From Leucoraja ocellata (lineage: Eukaryota): a DNA stretch of 64,000 nucleotides. Shown piece by piece: positions 20,611-30,917 of this stretch. The stretch covers positions 4,588,001-4,652,000 of the forward strand of contig JAWMAR010000104.1 of assembly GCA_036785375.1 (NCBI GenBank), in the 5' to 3' direction. The notes below the pieces were generated by a model. It ran no database searches. It was not told the origin of the DNA and saw nothing but the letters and a program-made list of their open reading frames with translations. The stretch's first letter is position 1. Each line of letters opens with the position of its first letter. The position numbers and the translations under genes are program-made.

Positions 20611-22986
20611 TCATTGCGCCTGAGACGTGGGAGCGCCGCATGGCTTCAAGAAGAGAAAATCACTTTTCGCTGACTCTGGAGACAGGCAGACCGAGTATTG
20701 ATGCGGTTCCGGCACGCGGACAACCCGTCCCGTCCCGGGATAGCGTAAAGTTTCCTCCATGGCAGGCCTTCCATTAAACGTGCCCTGCGAATCTCCGCGA
20801 TTGTAACAATAACTGGGGGTGTTATACCCTTGGATGATACTTCTATCCTGTTTACACTTGATCCCAATTAACAGAACGATGATCAGAAGAAAGACAACGG
20901 AGGTGCAACTGAAAATGATGATTAAGTAAACATTTGGATCAGATAAATATCCCGGATTTTTCACCAATGTACTGCTTTCCGTGATTCCTTCAGTACTGTT
21001 CTCCAATACGCTAATGTTCATTGTAACTGTACTGGACAGGCTTGGCTGCCCATTGTCCTTCACCAAGATGACGAGAGTATGTACAGGAGTATCTGTCTGC
21101 AAAATACTGCGCGCTGTTCTGATTTCACCTGAATTTTTCGTAACGGTGAACAAAGTGGGATCGGTAGATTTCACCATCTGATAAAAGATCCGAGCATTCT
21201 GACCAGAATCTTCATCAGTTGCCATTATCTTGGTGACCAAATACCCTTCACCCGCTGACCGGGGCAAAACCTCTGCTGATCCACTTTGTTCTGAAGGTGA
21301 AACAATTACGGGCACGTTGTCATTTTGATCCAGGATGATCACATTCACCGTGGCGCTGCTGCTCAATGGAGGCACCCCAGCGTCTCGGGCTTGTACGTTA
21401 ATCTGGAAGTTTTTGAGTTCCTCATAGTCAAATGACCGCAACGCATAAATGGTACCGTTCATGGAGTTAATGGCCAGGTAAGTGGACACTGGTAGATTTT
21501 GGATGAAATTGTCCACCAAAGAGTAAGAAACATAGGAATTCTGCTCCAGATCAGGATCTAGAGCAGTTAGAACGAAAATCGATGCGCCGGGTGCATTGTT
21601 CTCCATCACATATACGTTATAGGATGATTCAGCAAACCGCGGGGCGTTATCGTTTACATCGGTTATTGTAATATGGATGGTTTTATTTGACGTCAGTGAT
21701 GGCGATCCCAGGTCCCGTGCTAGAATTGGTAATTTAAACTCAGAAATTGTTTCACGGTCCAACGTTGCACTGGTAATTAATTTATAATGGTTCGATGATG
21801 TCTGTAGTCTAAATGGGATATTCTTGGGTAACTCGCAGCTGATTTGACCGTTCTCTCCAGAATCCCGGTCAATAACATCAATGAACGTTATGAATGTCCC
21901 TGGCGGAGCATTTTCCGGGATTTTGCTGGAAGCTGATGTCACCTTAATCTCAGGCGCGTTATCGTTCACGTCAATGACCTTGATCAGCACGTTAGAATGT
22001 CCGGCCATTGCGGGTGAACCGCGGTCCACAGCTTGAACAGCAAGAGAATAGCTGTTTGCTTCTTCAAAATCCAGCGGTCCTTCAACTCGAACCTCCCCAC
22101 TATCTGGGTCTAAACTGAATAAATGACGCGCTTTTCGCAAATCAACATCACTGAAAGAATATGCTATCTCAGCATTCAGCCCTTCGTCCAAATCATTTGC
22201 TTTGACTTTCAGCACCAAGGTACCATGTGGTGCATCCTCGCTTACGCTGACCCTGTAAATGTCATCATCAAACACAGGCGCATTATCATTGAAGTCCAAA
22301 ACAGTAACAAGAATCTGAGCTGTCCCTGTTCTCTGAGGAGTGCCACCGTCTGTCGCAGTGAGCAAGAGCTGAAAAGAAGATAGCAGCTCTCGGTCCAGTG
22401 ACTTATCTAACAGCAACTCTGGTATAAGAACATCGCTCTCGGTTCTGTGTGTTTTGATACTAAAATACTCGGTGAAATTGATTGTGTAGGCGACGACAGT
22501 ATTTATTCCAATATCAGGATCGTCTGCCCTCTCGAGACGGAAACGTACCCCGGGTGCACTCGCTTCCGATGTCTGTAATACGATGCTGCCGTTTCCGAAA
22601 GTAGGTGGATTATCATTGACATCAAGAATCTCTACTACACCGCGGTACACCTCTAACGGATTTTCCAGTGTTGTTTTAAAAGACACGGTACACATTTCCG
22701 CTTGCCTACAGATACGTTCTCTGTCGATTCTTTCACGAATAGATAATATTCCATTGTCCAAACTAACCTTCATGTATCGCCCTCCGTCATCGGAGCTCAG
22801 TCGGAATTTGCGAGCTGACAATTGCCGTACGTTCAGGCCCAGATCTTGAGCGATATTTCCAACAAATGCCCCTTCTTCTTTTTCTTCGAGTATAGAATAA
22901 CGCAATTGCCCGGAAATTAGATCCGGTGCACATATCAGAAGCATGAATGCAAGCACGTTAAAAGGAAACCTCGGTCCGTACGCCAT
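20611..22986 (-). CDS. Clustered protocadherin, 791 aa, intact
   Basis: ATG at 22986 (MAYGPRF); six EC repeats, TM, tail ending SQAQ*. Confidence 0.97.
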   Translation of the reverse strand: MAYGPRFPFNVLAFMLLICAPDLISGQLRYSILEEKEEGAFVGNIAQDLGLNVRQLSARKFRLSSDDGGRYMKVSLDNGILSIRERIDRERICRQAEMCTVSFKTTLENPLEVYRGVVEILDVNDNPPTFGNGSIVLQTSEASAPGVRFRLERADDPDIGINTVVAYTINFTEYFSIKTHRTESDVLIPELLLDKSLDRELLSSFQLLLTATDGGTPQRTGTAQILVTVLDFNDNAPVFDDDIYRVSVSEDAPHGTLVLKVKANDLDEGLNAEIAYSFSDVDLRKARHLFSLDPDSGEVRVEGPLDFEEANSYSLAVQAVDRGSPAMAGHSNVLIKVIDVNDNAPEIKVTSASSKIPENAPPGTFITFIDVIDRDSGENGQISCELPKNIPFRLQTSSNHYKLITSATLDRETISEFKLPILARDLGSPSLTSNKTIHITITDVNDNAPRFAESSYNVYVMENNAPGASIFVLTALDPDLEQNSYVSYSLVDNFIQNLPVSTYLAINSMNGTIYALRSFDYEELKNFQINVQARDAGVPPLSSSATVNVIILDQNDNVPVIVSPSEQSGSAEVLPRSAGEGYLVTKIMATDEDSGQNARIFYQMVKSTDPTLFTVTKNSGEIRTARSILQTDTPVHTLVILVKDNGQPSLSSTVTMNISVLENSTEGITESSTLVKNPGYLSDPNVYLIIIFSCTSVVFLLIIVLLIGIKCKQDRSIIQGYNTPSYCYNRGDSQGTFNGRPAMEETLRYPGTGRVVRVPEPHQYSVCLSPESAKSDFLFLKPCGAPTSQAQ

Positions 22987-23224
22987 TGTTCCGCACTCAA
23001 ATAATGTTGAAAAACAGGCCTCTCCTCGATTAATCGGTAAAACTGTTCTTAATACGAAGTAGAATATATCTTCTAATTGCCTAGTCAAAACAGGCAGGGA
23101 ATTATATCCTCCGCAGCTTTATAATACGATAAAACGCAGAGACTGCTCGCCTTTCTGTCGGGTCTGGCGTTTTTATTCTGGGATGTAGGAGGGGCAATGG
23201 ATCCATCTGTGTACTTCAGCTTCT

Positions 23225-23268
23225 CATTGGTAGACAGCGACACAGCCAGTTTTTTTAGACAACTGCAG
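23225..23268 (-). promoter_or_regulatory. Protocadherin CSE
   Basis: CTGCAGTTG-N10-CTGGCTGTGTCGCTGTCTACCAATG. Confidence 0.85.
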
Positions 23269-23854
23269 CTACGGTTCTTAAAGCTGTATGGTAGACTTTA
23301 AATTGTGGCATACAACCAGAACATGTATCAGTCAACGCTTCATTTTTGTTTTCAGCATATATCTTCGAAAGTCATAGTAGGCGTTTTGAGGCATTTTGAC
23401 ATAAACTATCAAAGTTTCACTCAGATTGTTTGAATTGTTATTATTGCTCCGTAAATACCTTCTAGTTTGATAAAGCATGTTATAGAGGTAAATCTTCATT
23501 GTTGTTCCATCAGCACACTTGCAGTCAACCGTGAAATTAATGGTTTCAGGGAATGAAAGGGTGTAATGGTTAAAATATATTCAGTTCAAGATAATAAAAA
23601 GGGGTATACAGTTCTACAGACTATTTTAACGGGGCTGAAGTAAACGATAAATAAATGCGTAAAGCAGGACCCTAGAAAACATTGAAGACTGTGCGTTTTT
23701 GTTCGTTCATGGAGAAGGCACGCGGAGCCAACAATGGAGTGCTACATTGGTCTACCTTAGATTCTTCAATATCCATTTGGGAACATCAAAATGGTGAATT
23801 TTGGTGAATTGTGAATTTGGAAAATGGTGAATTGCTTAACGTTTCGTCGACTCG

Positions 23855-24037
23855 GACTATCCTTGCTGACTTTACTTTCAACTGAACGTTATTCCCTTAT
23901 CATGTATCTATGCACGGTAAATCGATTGATTGCAATCTTGTATTGCCCTTTTGCTGACTGGTTAGCATGCAACAAAAACGTTTCACTCTATCTCAGTACA
24001 CGTAACAATAAATTAAACTGATCTGACTAAACTGAAC
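23855..24037 (+). mobile_element. Non-LTR retroelement 3' end (possibly Rex1/Babar-like)
   Basis: Ends in ACAATAAATTAAACTGATCTGACTAAACTGAAC (polyA signal plus microsatellite-like tail). Not present in the paralogous intergenic regions. Confidence 0.4.
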
Positions 24038-24144
24038 GAAACAAATAGTGAATTGCTAATATCTTTTCTCGGCATCAGTTGATTTCTTGGTTGGAATTAA
24101 ATTAGAGGCGAAGAAATGCCAAAGTATCCAAGATATATTCAAAT

Positions 24145-25366
24145 AAAGTGAGTTCGGTATTCCGACTGTGCATGCCCGGTCATAGGTCACCAGCTATAAA
24201 CAGTCTCGGCAACGGTGGTGCTGCATTGTGTGCAGGCTTGCGTTTCGGCCGTGGTCGGGGTCGGGCCCGGCTCTCCGTCGCTGCGGGCGCTGTTGAATTG
24301 CTGCTGGACAGTCCCCATCTGAACCCCGGTGTCCCGTCCCTGTCCGGGGTGGCCCTGAGCTGGCTGGGCAGCCCCGGACTTGCAGCCGGTGCTGCAGCTG
24401 CTGGCTCCAGCTCGGCTCTGCCTGTCCCGCCCGGTTGGCCTGCAGCACTCTACCTCCAACCCCCTCCCCTCAGTCCGACACCGAGGTCCTACTGAAGATG
24501 GGCATGCGCCAGCCGTGCTCGAAGGGGCGACTCGGAGCCTGGTCGGAGAGTCTGCGGACGGGCTCCTGCCGGCCATGGGCAGACCGGGCGCCCGCTGGAA
24601 CTGCTGGTCCTGCTGGTGGTGCTGGCGGTAGCAGGAAATTCCGCCCCCCTCACTTGCCCAGCCCCAAACCCAGACTCCGGGCCAGCTCTAACTCCAGGTC
24701 GAGGCTGAAAGCCGCCCGCAGCGCAGCCCAGGAGGCCGAGCCCAGGCTGGCGCTGACGCAGGCGAGGCCCTTGCTCCTCCTCTGGGTTGTGGATGAAGTG
24801 GCAGCGGTTACCGTAGGGGCTGAAGCCGGTAGTGTGCACGTATGGTGGCTTGTACTTGCGGTGGCTTGTAATTGAGGAGCGCAGCTCGGCCAGGCCATGG
24901 GGGAACTGGCACTTGTCGCCGTAACGGCCCATCGGGGAGCGGGTTCCCTTGTTGTTGGAGCGGGATTGAGCTGGAATTGCCGCTAGCTGTGCGCTGTTTC
25001 ACCGTGCTGGCTGTGGGTCTGGGGCTCCTGGTGTCGTTGGTCCGGGCTGTCAGTTGACCCGGCGGGAGAGACGGTGAGCTGGGTTTGGCGCTTCTGTGCG
25101 CTGGCGGGGCCTAGGAGCCGGCGTCCCGTGGGCCTGGACGTCTCCGGCCGACCCCCGGGCGGTCGATCCTGTCTGCGGATGAGGCGGATGAAGCGGATCC
25201 CCCCCCCCCCCCCCCCCCCCCCCCCGTCTCCTCACCCCCTCACCCCGTCTCCCACTCGCATCTGCCCTCTCTATCTGCCCCCTGACAAATACAAACTTGA
25301 AAAAGCTACACTCACTGAATCTACAGCACTTCGATCGATGTTTATTCGGAGTACCGAACTCGCTTG
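24145..25366. mobile_element. Non-autonomous TIR DNA element carrying captured host gene sequence (Pack-TIR-like)
   Basis: Left end AAAGTGAGTTCGGTATTCCGA (24145-24165) and the reverse complement of the right end, CAAGCGAGTTCGGTACTCCGA (25346-25366), match 18/21. Four paralogous units show the empty site ...TTCAAA|TTACTCTGA... (~39220, ~47468, ~54186, ~60803). Confidence 0.85.
24470..25000 (-). pseudogene. ZFP36/TIS11-family (tandem CCCH zinc finger) pseudogene fragment
   Basis: RYGDKCQFPHGLAELRS..HRKYK..HTTGFSPYGNRCHFIHN (decayed tandem zinc finger). After a frameshift, WRMPIFSRTSVSD* (stop at 24470-24472) matches the family C-terminal RLPIFSRLSISD motif. GC-rich island in an AT-rich context. 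5' boundary approximate. Confidence 0.9.
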
Positions 25367-25564
25367 TTACTCTGACTAAAATGAGCGCAACTTGGAATGG
25401 AAGCATACGTTTGTGGTGGTGAAGTAGGCTAATATTCTTCCAAAGACATCTTGCAGAGATGAAAGTGATAAAAGATTCTGAAAATCGATTTTATTTTTTT
25501 CGGCACGTCATTTAGGGTCTGTCTGATCTACTCAGATTCCCATATCCAACAACCTATGTCCTAT

Positions 25565-25639
25565 GATAGGTGAGGTTTCGGGTCGGGACCTTTCTTTAGA
25601 CAGTATGAAGAAGAGTCCCGACCCCAAACGTCACCTATC
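25565..25639. repeat. Imperfect palindrome of two back-to-back degenerate Penelope-type hammerhead motifs
   Basis: GATAGGTGAGGTTTCGGGTCGGGACCTTTCTTTAGAC versus GTATGAAGAAGAGTCCCGACCCCAAACGTCACCTATC. More decayed copies at ~39420, ~47665, ~54383 and ~60984. Confidence 0.65.
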
Positions 25640-25980
25640 GAAGGTGGGCAAAAATGCTGGGGAAACCTTTCTTCGGGCCGAAACCTTTCTTCATTTAATC
25701 CAGCATTTTGTGTCTTTCCTTGGTAAACCTGCATCCGCATTTCCTTGGTTCTAACTTTTGCCATTATTCTGTGTATGCTAGAGATGCTTCTTGTGTTCTG
25801 ACTGTAATCTGCTCCTTTGACATTGTTGATGGAGCCACTGAGGATATCCGCTGCTGTCCATCGAACATTTCTCGTGAATTTGAAAGCACGGGTGCACTAG
25901 GGAATCAGATAAAGGCTTCAAAATATTCCAGTGTTGTTTCTACTACCATCACTCAGCAATGTTTATATTCGGATTGATTT

Positions 25981-26605
25981 GGTCAGGCGCAGCGGTAGAG
26001 TTGCTGCGGAGCAACACCAGCCATCAGGGTTTGATCCTGACTACGGGTGCTGTCTACACGGAGTGTATACATTCTCCCTGTTACCATGTGGGCTTTCTCG
26101 TTGTGCTATGGATATCTCCCACATCCTAAAAAAACGGTCTAAATAGACAATAGACAATAGGTGCAGCAGTAGGCCATTCGGCCCTTCGAGCCAGCTCCGC
26201 CATTCAATGTGATCATGGTTGAGAATCCCCAATCAGTACCCCGTACCTGCCTTCTCCCCATATACCCTAACTCCGCTATCTTTAAGAGCCCTATCCAGCT
26301 CTCTCTTGAAAGTATCCAGAGAACTGGCCTCCACCGCCCTCTGAGGTAGAGAATTCCACAGACTCACAACTCTCTGTGTGAAAAAGTGTTTCCTCATCTC
26401 CGGTCTAAATGGCTTACCCCTTATTCAGGAACTGTGGCTCCTGGTTCTGGACTCCGCCAACATCGGGAATCGTTTATTGGCTTCTGTAAATTATGTAAAT
26501 TGTCCCTTGTGTGTAGGATAGTGCTGGTGTACGGGGTGAACAATGGTTGTCGTGGACTCCGTGGACTGAATAGCCTGTTTCCACGCTGTATCTCTAAATT
26601 AAATC
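25981..26605 (+). mobile_element. tRNA-derived V-SINE (HE1-like), split by a CR1 insertion
   Basis: A-box-like GGCGCAGCGG, B-box-like GGTTTGATCC, V-domain-like core ending CTCCCACATCC. The SINE resumes after 26470. Confidence 0.75.
26141..26470 (-). mobile_element. CR1-type LINE 3' end nested in the SINE
   Basis: Same 3' UTR motif as 2357-2891 (GGCCATTCGGCCCTTCGAGCC on plus) with an (AATAGAC)n tail. Confidence 0.85.
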
Positions 26606-27657
26606 AAAAGTATGTGCGCACATTCGAATCCAGTGGACGCTGACGTTTATTGTGGAAGGTCACGATCTACACGGGTCATCAGGTACACGCACATATTATA
26701 TTTCCACCTCTCCTCTACCAGTCATACAATTCATTTTCACTCACGCAGCTCCTCCTTCTGCTCATCATCCACCACTACCTCCTCTCTAATCTCCAAACCC
26801 TCCCCCCACCCCCCCCCCCCCCCCAACACCCCCCCCCCCCCCACCCTCAACCCTCAATTGCCAACACCCTCCCACGAACCCTGCTTGCCTATACTTTTAT
26901 TTTATCTTTCCCATTTTACCTTCTTATCGGTTTCCATCATCTCATTCTTTTTCACCTGTTAACTCCCGCTCTGTGACCATCCCCATCCTTTGGTTTGCAT
27001 CTGCCAACCAACACTTCCTTTCCTGGATTCCACTTGCTGACACTTGCCTCGCCACTTTCATTCACTTCTTTCTACCAGCATAGTCCAGTTTGGAGGAAGG
27101 TTACCGACCCGAAAGATTATCTGTCCACATCCCTGCACAGTTGTTTCCCCACCTGATGAGTCTCCCGCCAGCTCATTTTATATTGTACTATATATCAGCA
27201 TCCGCATCGTGTGTTTCTGGTTCGTTTTATATGTTAATTCCCGTCATCTATGTTTGTTATTTAGCTATATCCTCTGTATCTATCAGCGCTTCAAATGGTA
27301 TATGCTAAGGACGAACTTTGTTCCAGTATTTTCTTTAAACTAGAAAATTTACGGTAACAAGCAAATTGATTCAGCATCCTTAATGTGATTCATCCTATAG
27401 CAGTGTATATTTGTCCGTCGTTTAATGATAGGCAATAACACGTATTTCTCAGTTGACTGATCCGACTATCATGCGATGCTACTTTATTTGCTAAAAGTTA
27501 TATATTTTTTAATCATAATAACAAATGCACTATTTAAACGAAAGAGAACAAAATGCATAAAATGAATATTTTCTTAAATATTTTACTTACGAATGATACA
27601 CATCCCTCGAGATAAAAATGACACCCAAATAACATGCCCCTTCCTTGCGGTTACTCG

Positions 27658-30048
27658 TCATTGCGCCTGAGACGTTAGGCCTGAGTCGGGATCGCCGCGT
27701 GGCTTCAAGAAGAGAAAATCACTTTTCGCTGACTCTGGTGAGAGGCAGACAGAGTATTGAAGCGGTTCCGGCACGCGGACAACCCGGCCTGTCCCAGGAT
27801 AGCGTAAAGTTTCCTCCATCGCATGTCTTCCATTAAACGTACCGTGCGCATCTCCACGATTGTAACAATAACTGGGGGTGTTATACCCTTGGATAATACT
27901 TCTGTCCTGCTTACACTTGATCCCAATCAGCAGAACGATGATGAGAAGAAAGGCAACGGAAGTGCAACTGAAAATGATGATTAAATAAACATTTGGATCT
28001 GAGAAATATCCCGGATTTTTCACCAAGGTGCTGCTTTCCGTGATTCCTTCAGTACTGTTCTCCAAAACTCTAATGTTCATTGTAACTGTACTGGACAGGC
28101 TTGGCTGCCCATTGTCCTTCACCAAGATGACCAGAGTGTGTACAGGAGTATCTGTCTGCAAAATACTACGCGCTGTTCTGATTTCACCGGAGTTTCTCGT
28201 AACTGCGAACAAGGTGGGATCGGTAGATTTCACCATCTGATAAAAGATCCGTGCATTCTGACCAGAATCTGCATCAGTTGCCATTATCTTGGTGACCAAA
28301 TACCCTTGACCCGCTGAGCGGGGCAGGCCCTCCTCTGCTGCTGATCCACTCTGATATGAAGGTGAAACAATTACCGGAGCGTTGTCATTTTGATCCAGGA
28401 TGATCAGATTCACCGTGGCGCTGCTACTCAGCGGTGGCACCCCAGCGTCCCGGGCTTGTACATGGATCTGGAAGTTTTTGAGTTCCTCATAGTCAAAGGA
28501 TCGCAACCCATAAATGGTACCGTTCGTGGGGTTAATTGCCAGGTAAGTGGACACCGGTAGATTTTGGATGAAATTGTCCACCAAAGAATAAGAAACATAG
28601 GAATTCTGCTCCAGATCAGGATCTACAGCAGTTAGAACGAAAATCGATGCGCCGGGTGCATTGTTTTCCATCACATACACGTTGTAGGTTGATTCAGCAA
28701 ACCGCGGGGCGTTATCATTTACATCGGTTATTGTAATATGGATGGTTTTATTTGAGGACAGTGAAGGCGACCCCAGGTCCCATGCTGAAATTGGTAATCG
28801 ATATTCAGAAATCCCTTCACGGTCCAATGTTTCACTAGTAACCAATTTATAAAGGTTCGATGATGTCTGTAGTCTAAAGGGGATATTCTTGGGTAAATCA
28901 CAGCGAACTTGACCGTTCTCCCCAGAATCACGATCGATAACATCAATGAAGGTTATGAATGTACCTGGCGGTGCATTTTCCGGAATTTGTTTGGGAGTTG
29001 ATGTCACCTTAATCTCGGGTGCGTTATCGTTCACGTCAATGACCTTGATCAGCACGTTAGAATGTCCTGTCATTGCGGGTGAACCGTGGTCCACAGCTTG
29101 AACATCAAGAGAATAGCTGTTTGTTTCTTCAAAATCCAAGGGCCCTTCAACTAGAATCTTCCCACTATTTGGATCTAAACTGAATACATTACGCGCTCTT
29201 CGCAAATCAACATCACTAAAATAATATGTTATCTCAGCATTCAGCCCTTCGTCCAAATCATTTGCTTTGACTTTCATCACCAAGGTACCATGTGGCGCGT
29301 CCTCACTTACGCTGACCTTGTAAATATCACGATCAAACACCGGCTCGTTGTCATTAATGTCGAACACAGTTACAAGAATCTGAGCTGTTCCTGTTCTCTG
29401 AGGAGTGCCACCGTCTGTCGCAGTAAGCAAGAGCTGAAAAGAAGATTGCAGCTCTCGGTCCAAAGGTTTATCTAACAGCAACTCTGGTATGAGAACATCG
29501 CTCTCTGTTCTGCGTGTTTTTATACTAAAGTACTCGGTGAAACTGATCGTGTAGGCGGCGATGGTATTGATTCCATTGTCGGGATCTTCCGCCCTCTCGA
29601 GACGGAAGCGTACCCCGGGTGCACTCAGTTCCGATATCTGTAAGGCGATGCTGCGGTCTCCGAATGCGGGGGAATTATCATTGACATCAAGAATCTCAAC
29701 CACACCGCGGTACACCTCCGAGGGATTTTCCAGTGTTGTTTTAAAAGACACGGTACAGATGTCTGCTTGCCTACAGATACGTTCCCTATCGATTCTTTCA
29801 CGAATAGATAATATTCCATTGTCCAAACTAACCTTCAAGTAGCGCCCCCCGTCATCGGAGCTCAGTCGGAATTTGCGAGCTGACAATTGCCGTACATTCA
29901 GGCCCAGATCTTGAGCAATATTCCCAACAAATGCCCCTTGCTCCATTTCCTCGGGAATAGAGTAACGAATTTGCCCGCAAATTAGATCCTGTTCACATAT
30001 CAGAAGCATGAATGCAAACACGTTGAAAGGAAACCGTAGGTACGCCAT
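27658..30048 (-). CDS. Clustered protocadherin, 796 aa, intact
   Basis: ATG at 30048 (MAYLRF); six EC repeats, TM; tail has a 4-aa insertion. Confidence 0.97.
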   Translation of the reverse strand: MAYLRFPFNVFAFMLLICEQDLICGQIRYSIPEEMEQGAFVGNIAQDLGLNVRQLSARKFRLSSDDGGRYLKVSLDNGILSIRERIDRERICRQADICTVSFKTTLENPSEVYRGVVEILDVNDNSPAFGDRSIALQISELSAPGVRFRLERAEDPDNGINTIAAYTISFTEYFSIKTRRTESDVLIPELLLDKPLDRELQSSFQLLLTATDGGTPQRTGTAQILVTVFDINDNEPVFDRDIYKVSVSEDAPHGTLVMKVKANDLDEGLNAEITYYFSDVDLRRARNVFSLDPNSGKILVEGPLDFEETNSYSLDVQAVDHGSPAMTGHSNVLIKVIDVNDNAPEIKVTSTPKQIPENAPPGTFITFIDVIDRDSGENGQVRCDLPKNIPFRLQTSSNLYKLVTSETLDREGISEYRLPISAWDLGSPSLSSNKTIHITITDVNDNAPRFAESTYNVYVMENNAPGASIFVLTAVDPDLEQNSYVSYSLVDNFIQNLPVSTYLAINPTNGTIYGLRSFDYEELKNFQIHVQARDAGVPPLSSSATVNLIILDQNDNAPVIVSPSYQSGSAAEEGLPRSAGQGYLVTKIMATDADSGQNARIFYQMVKSTDPTLFAVTRNSGEIRTARSILQTDTPVHTLVILVKDNGQPSLSSTVTMNIRVLENSTEGITESSTLVKNPGYFSDPNVYLIIIFSCTSVAFLLIIVLLIGIKCKQDRSIIQGYNTPSYCYNRGDAHGTFNGRHAMEETLRYPGTGRVVRVPEPLQYSVCLSPESAKSDFLFLKPRGDPDSGLTSQAQ

Positions 30049-30289
30049 TGTTCCGCATTCAATTAATATCGAAAACCAGGCCTTTCCTCGATTAAACGGT
30101 AAAACTGTTCTTTCCACGAAATAGAAACATATATATTCTAATTGCCTAGTCGAAACAGACAGGGGATGTATCCTTTGTAGCTTGATAACACGATAAAACG
30201 CAGAGACTGCCCGCCTTTCTCTTCGGGTCTGCCGTTTTTATTCTGGGATGTAGGAGGGGCAATGGATCCATCTGTGGACTTCAGCTTCT

Positions 30290-30333
30290 CATTGGTAGAC
30301 AGCGACACAGCCAGTTTTTTTCGGCAACTGCAG
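30290..30333 (-). promoter_or_regulatory. Protocadherin CSE
   Basis: CTGCAGTTG-N10-CTGGCTGTGTCGCTGTCTACCAATG. Confidence 0.85.
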
Positions 30334-30917
30334 CTACAATTCTTAAAGCTGTGCAGTAGTCCTAAATACAGCGCCATGGAATGTATAATTGAACGCTACA
30401 ATTTTGTTTTGAGGATAAATCCTCAAAAGTCCTAGTATGTGCGTTTACGGGGCAGTTTGACCTGATATGTTACAATGTTGCTTCACACAGAGTTTATGAA
30501 TTTTTTCCTTGATTCGTATATGACTATATAGGTAAATCTTCAGTGGTCCTACATCACCATTCTTGCTGTTGTTCGTGGAATTAATGGTTTCAGGAACAAC
30601 GTGTAATGGCTTAAAATAAATTAGTTCGAGATACTAAAAAAGGATGTACAGTTACGGGACGGTGTAAACGATAATTGCGTAAAGAAGGGCCCCAGGAAAG
30701 ACCAAACATTGAAGACTATGTGCGCGTTTGTTCATTCATGGGGAAAGCAAGGCGGAGACTACAATGGAGTGCTATATTAGTCTAACTTAGATACTTCAAA
30801 CTTCATTTGGGAACATCGAAATGTGGAATTGCCTGTGGAATTCAAATGATCGCTTCAAAATATCCCAGTGTTGTTTACACCGCCACCATTCAGCAATGTT
30901 TAGATTTTGATTGATTC

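Noticed and set aside
24148-24875. Plus-strand GC-rich ORFs of 115-146 aa
   Set aside because: Antisense to the ZFP36 remnant and open only because high GC content depletes stop codons.
25199-25225. Long poly-C/poly-G runs (also ~8623, ~26800, ~33212, ~49729, ~56380) as G-quadruplex elements
   Set aside because: They are simple homopolymers of variable length inside TE remnants, with no positional link to genes and unreliable lengths.
25981-26045. tRNA-like A/B boxes as tRNA genes
   Set aside because: They are SINE heads continuing into V-domain cores; no complete cloverleaf.
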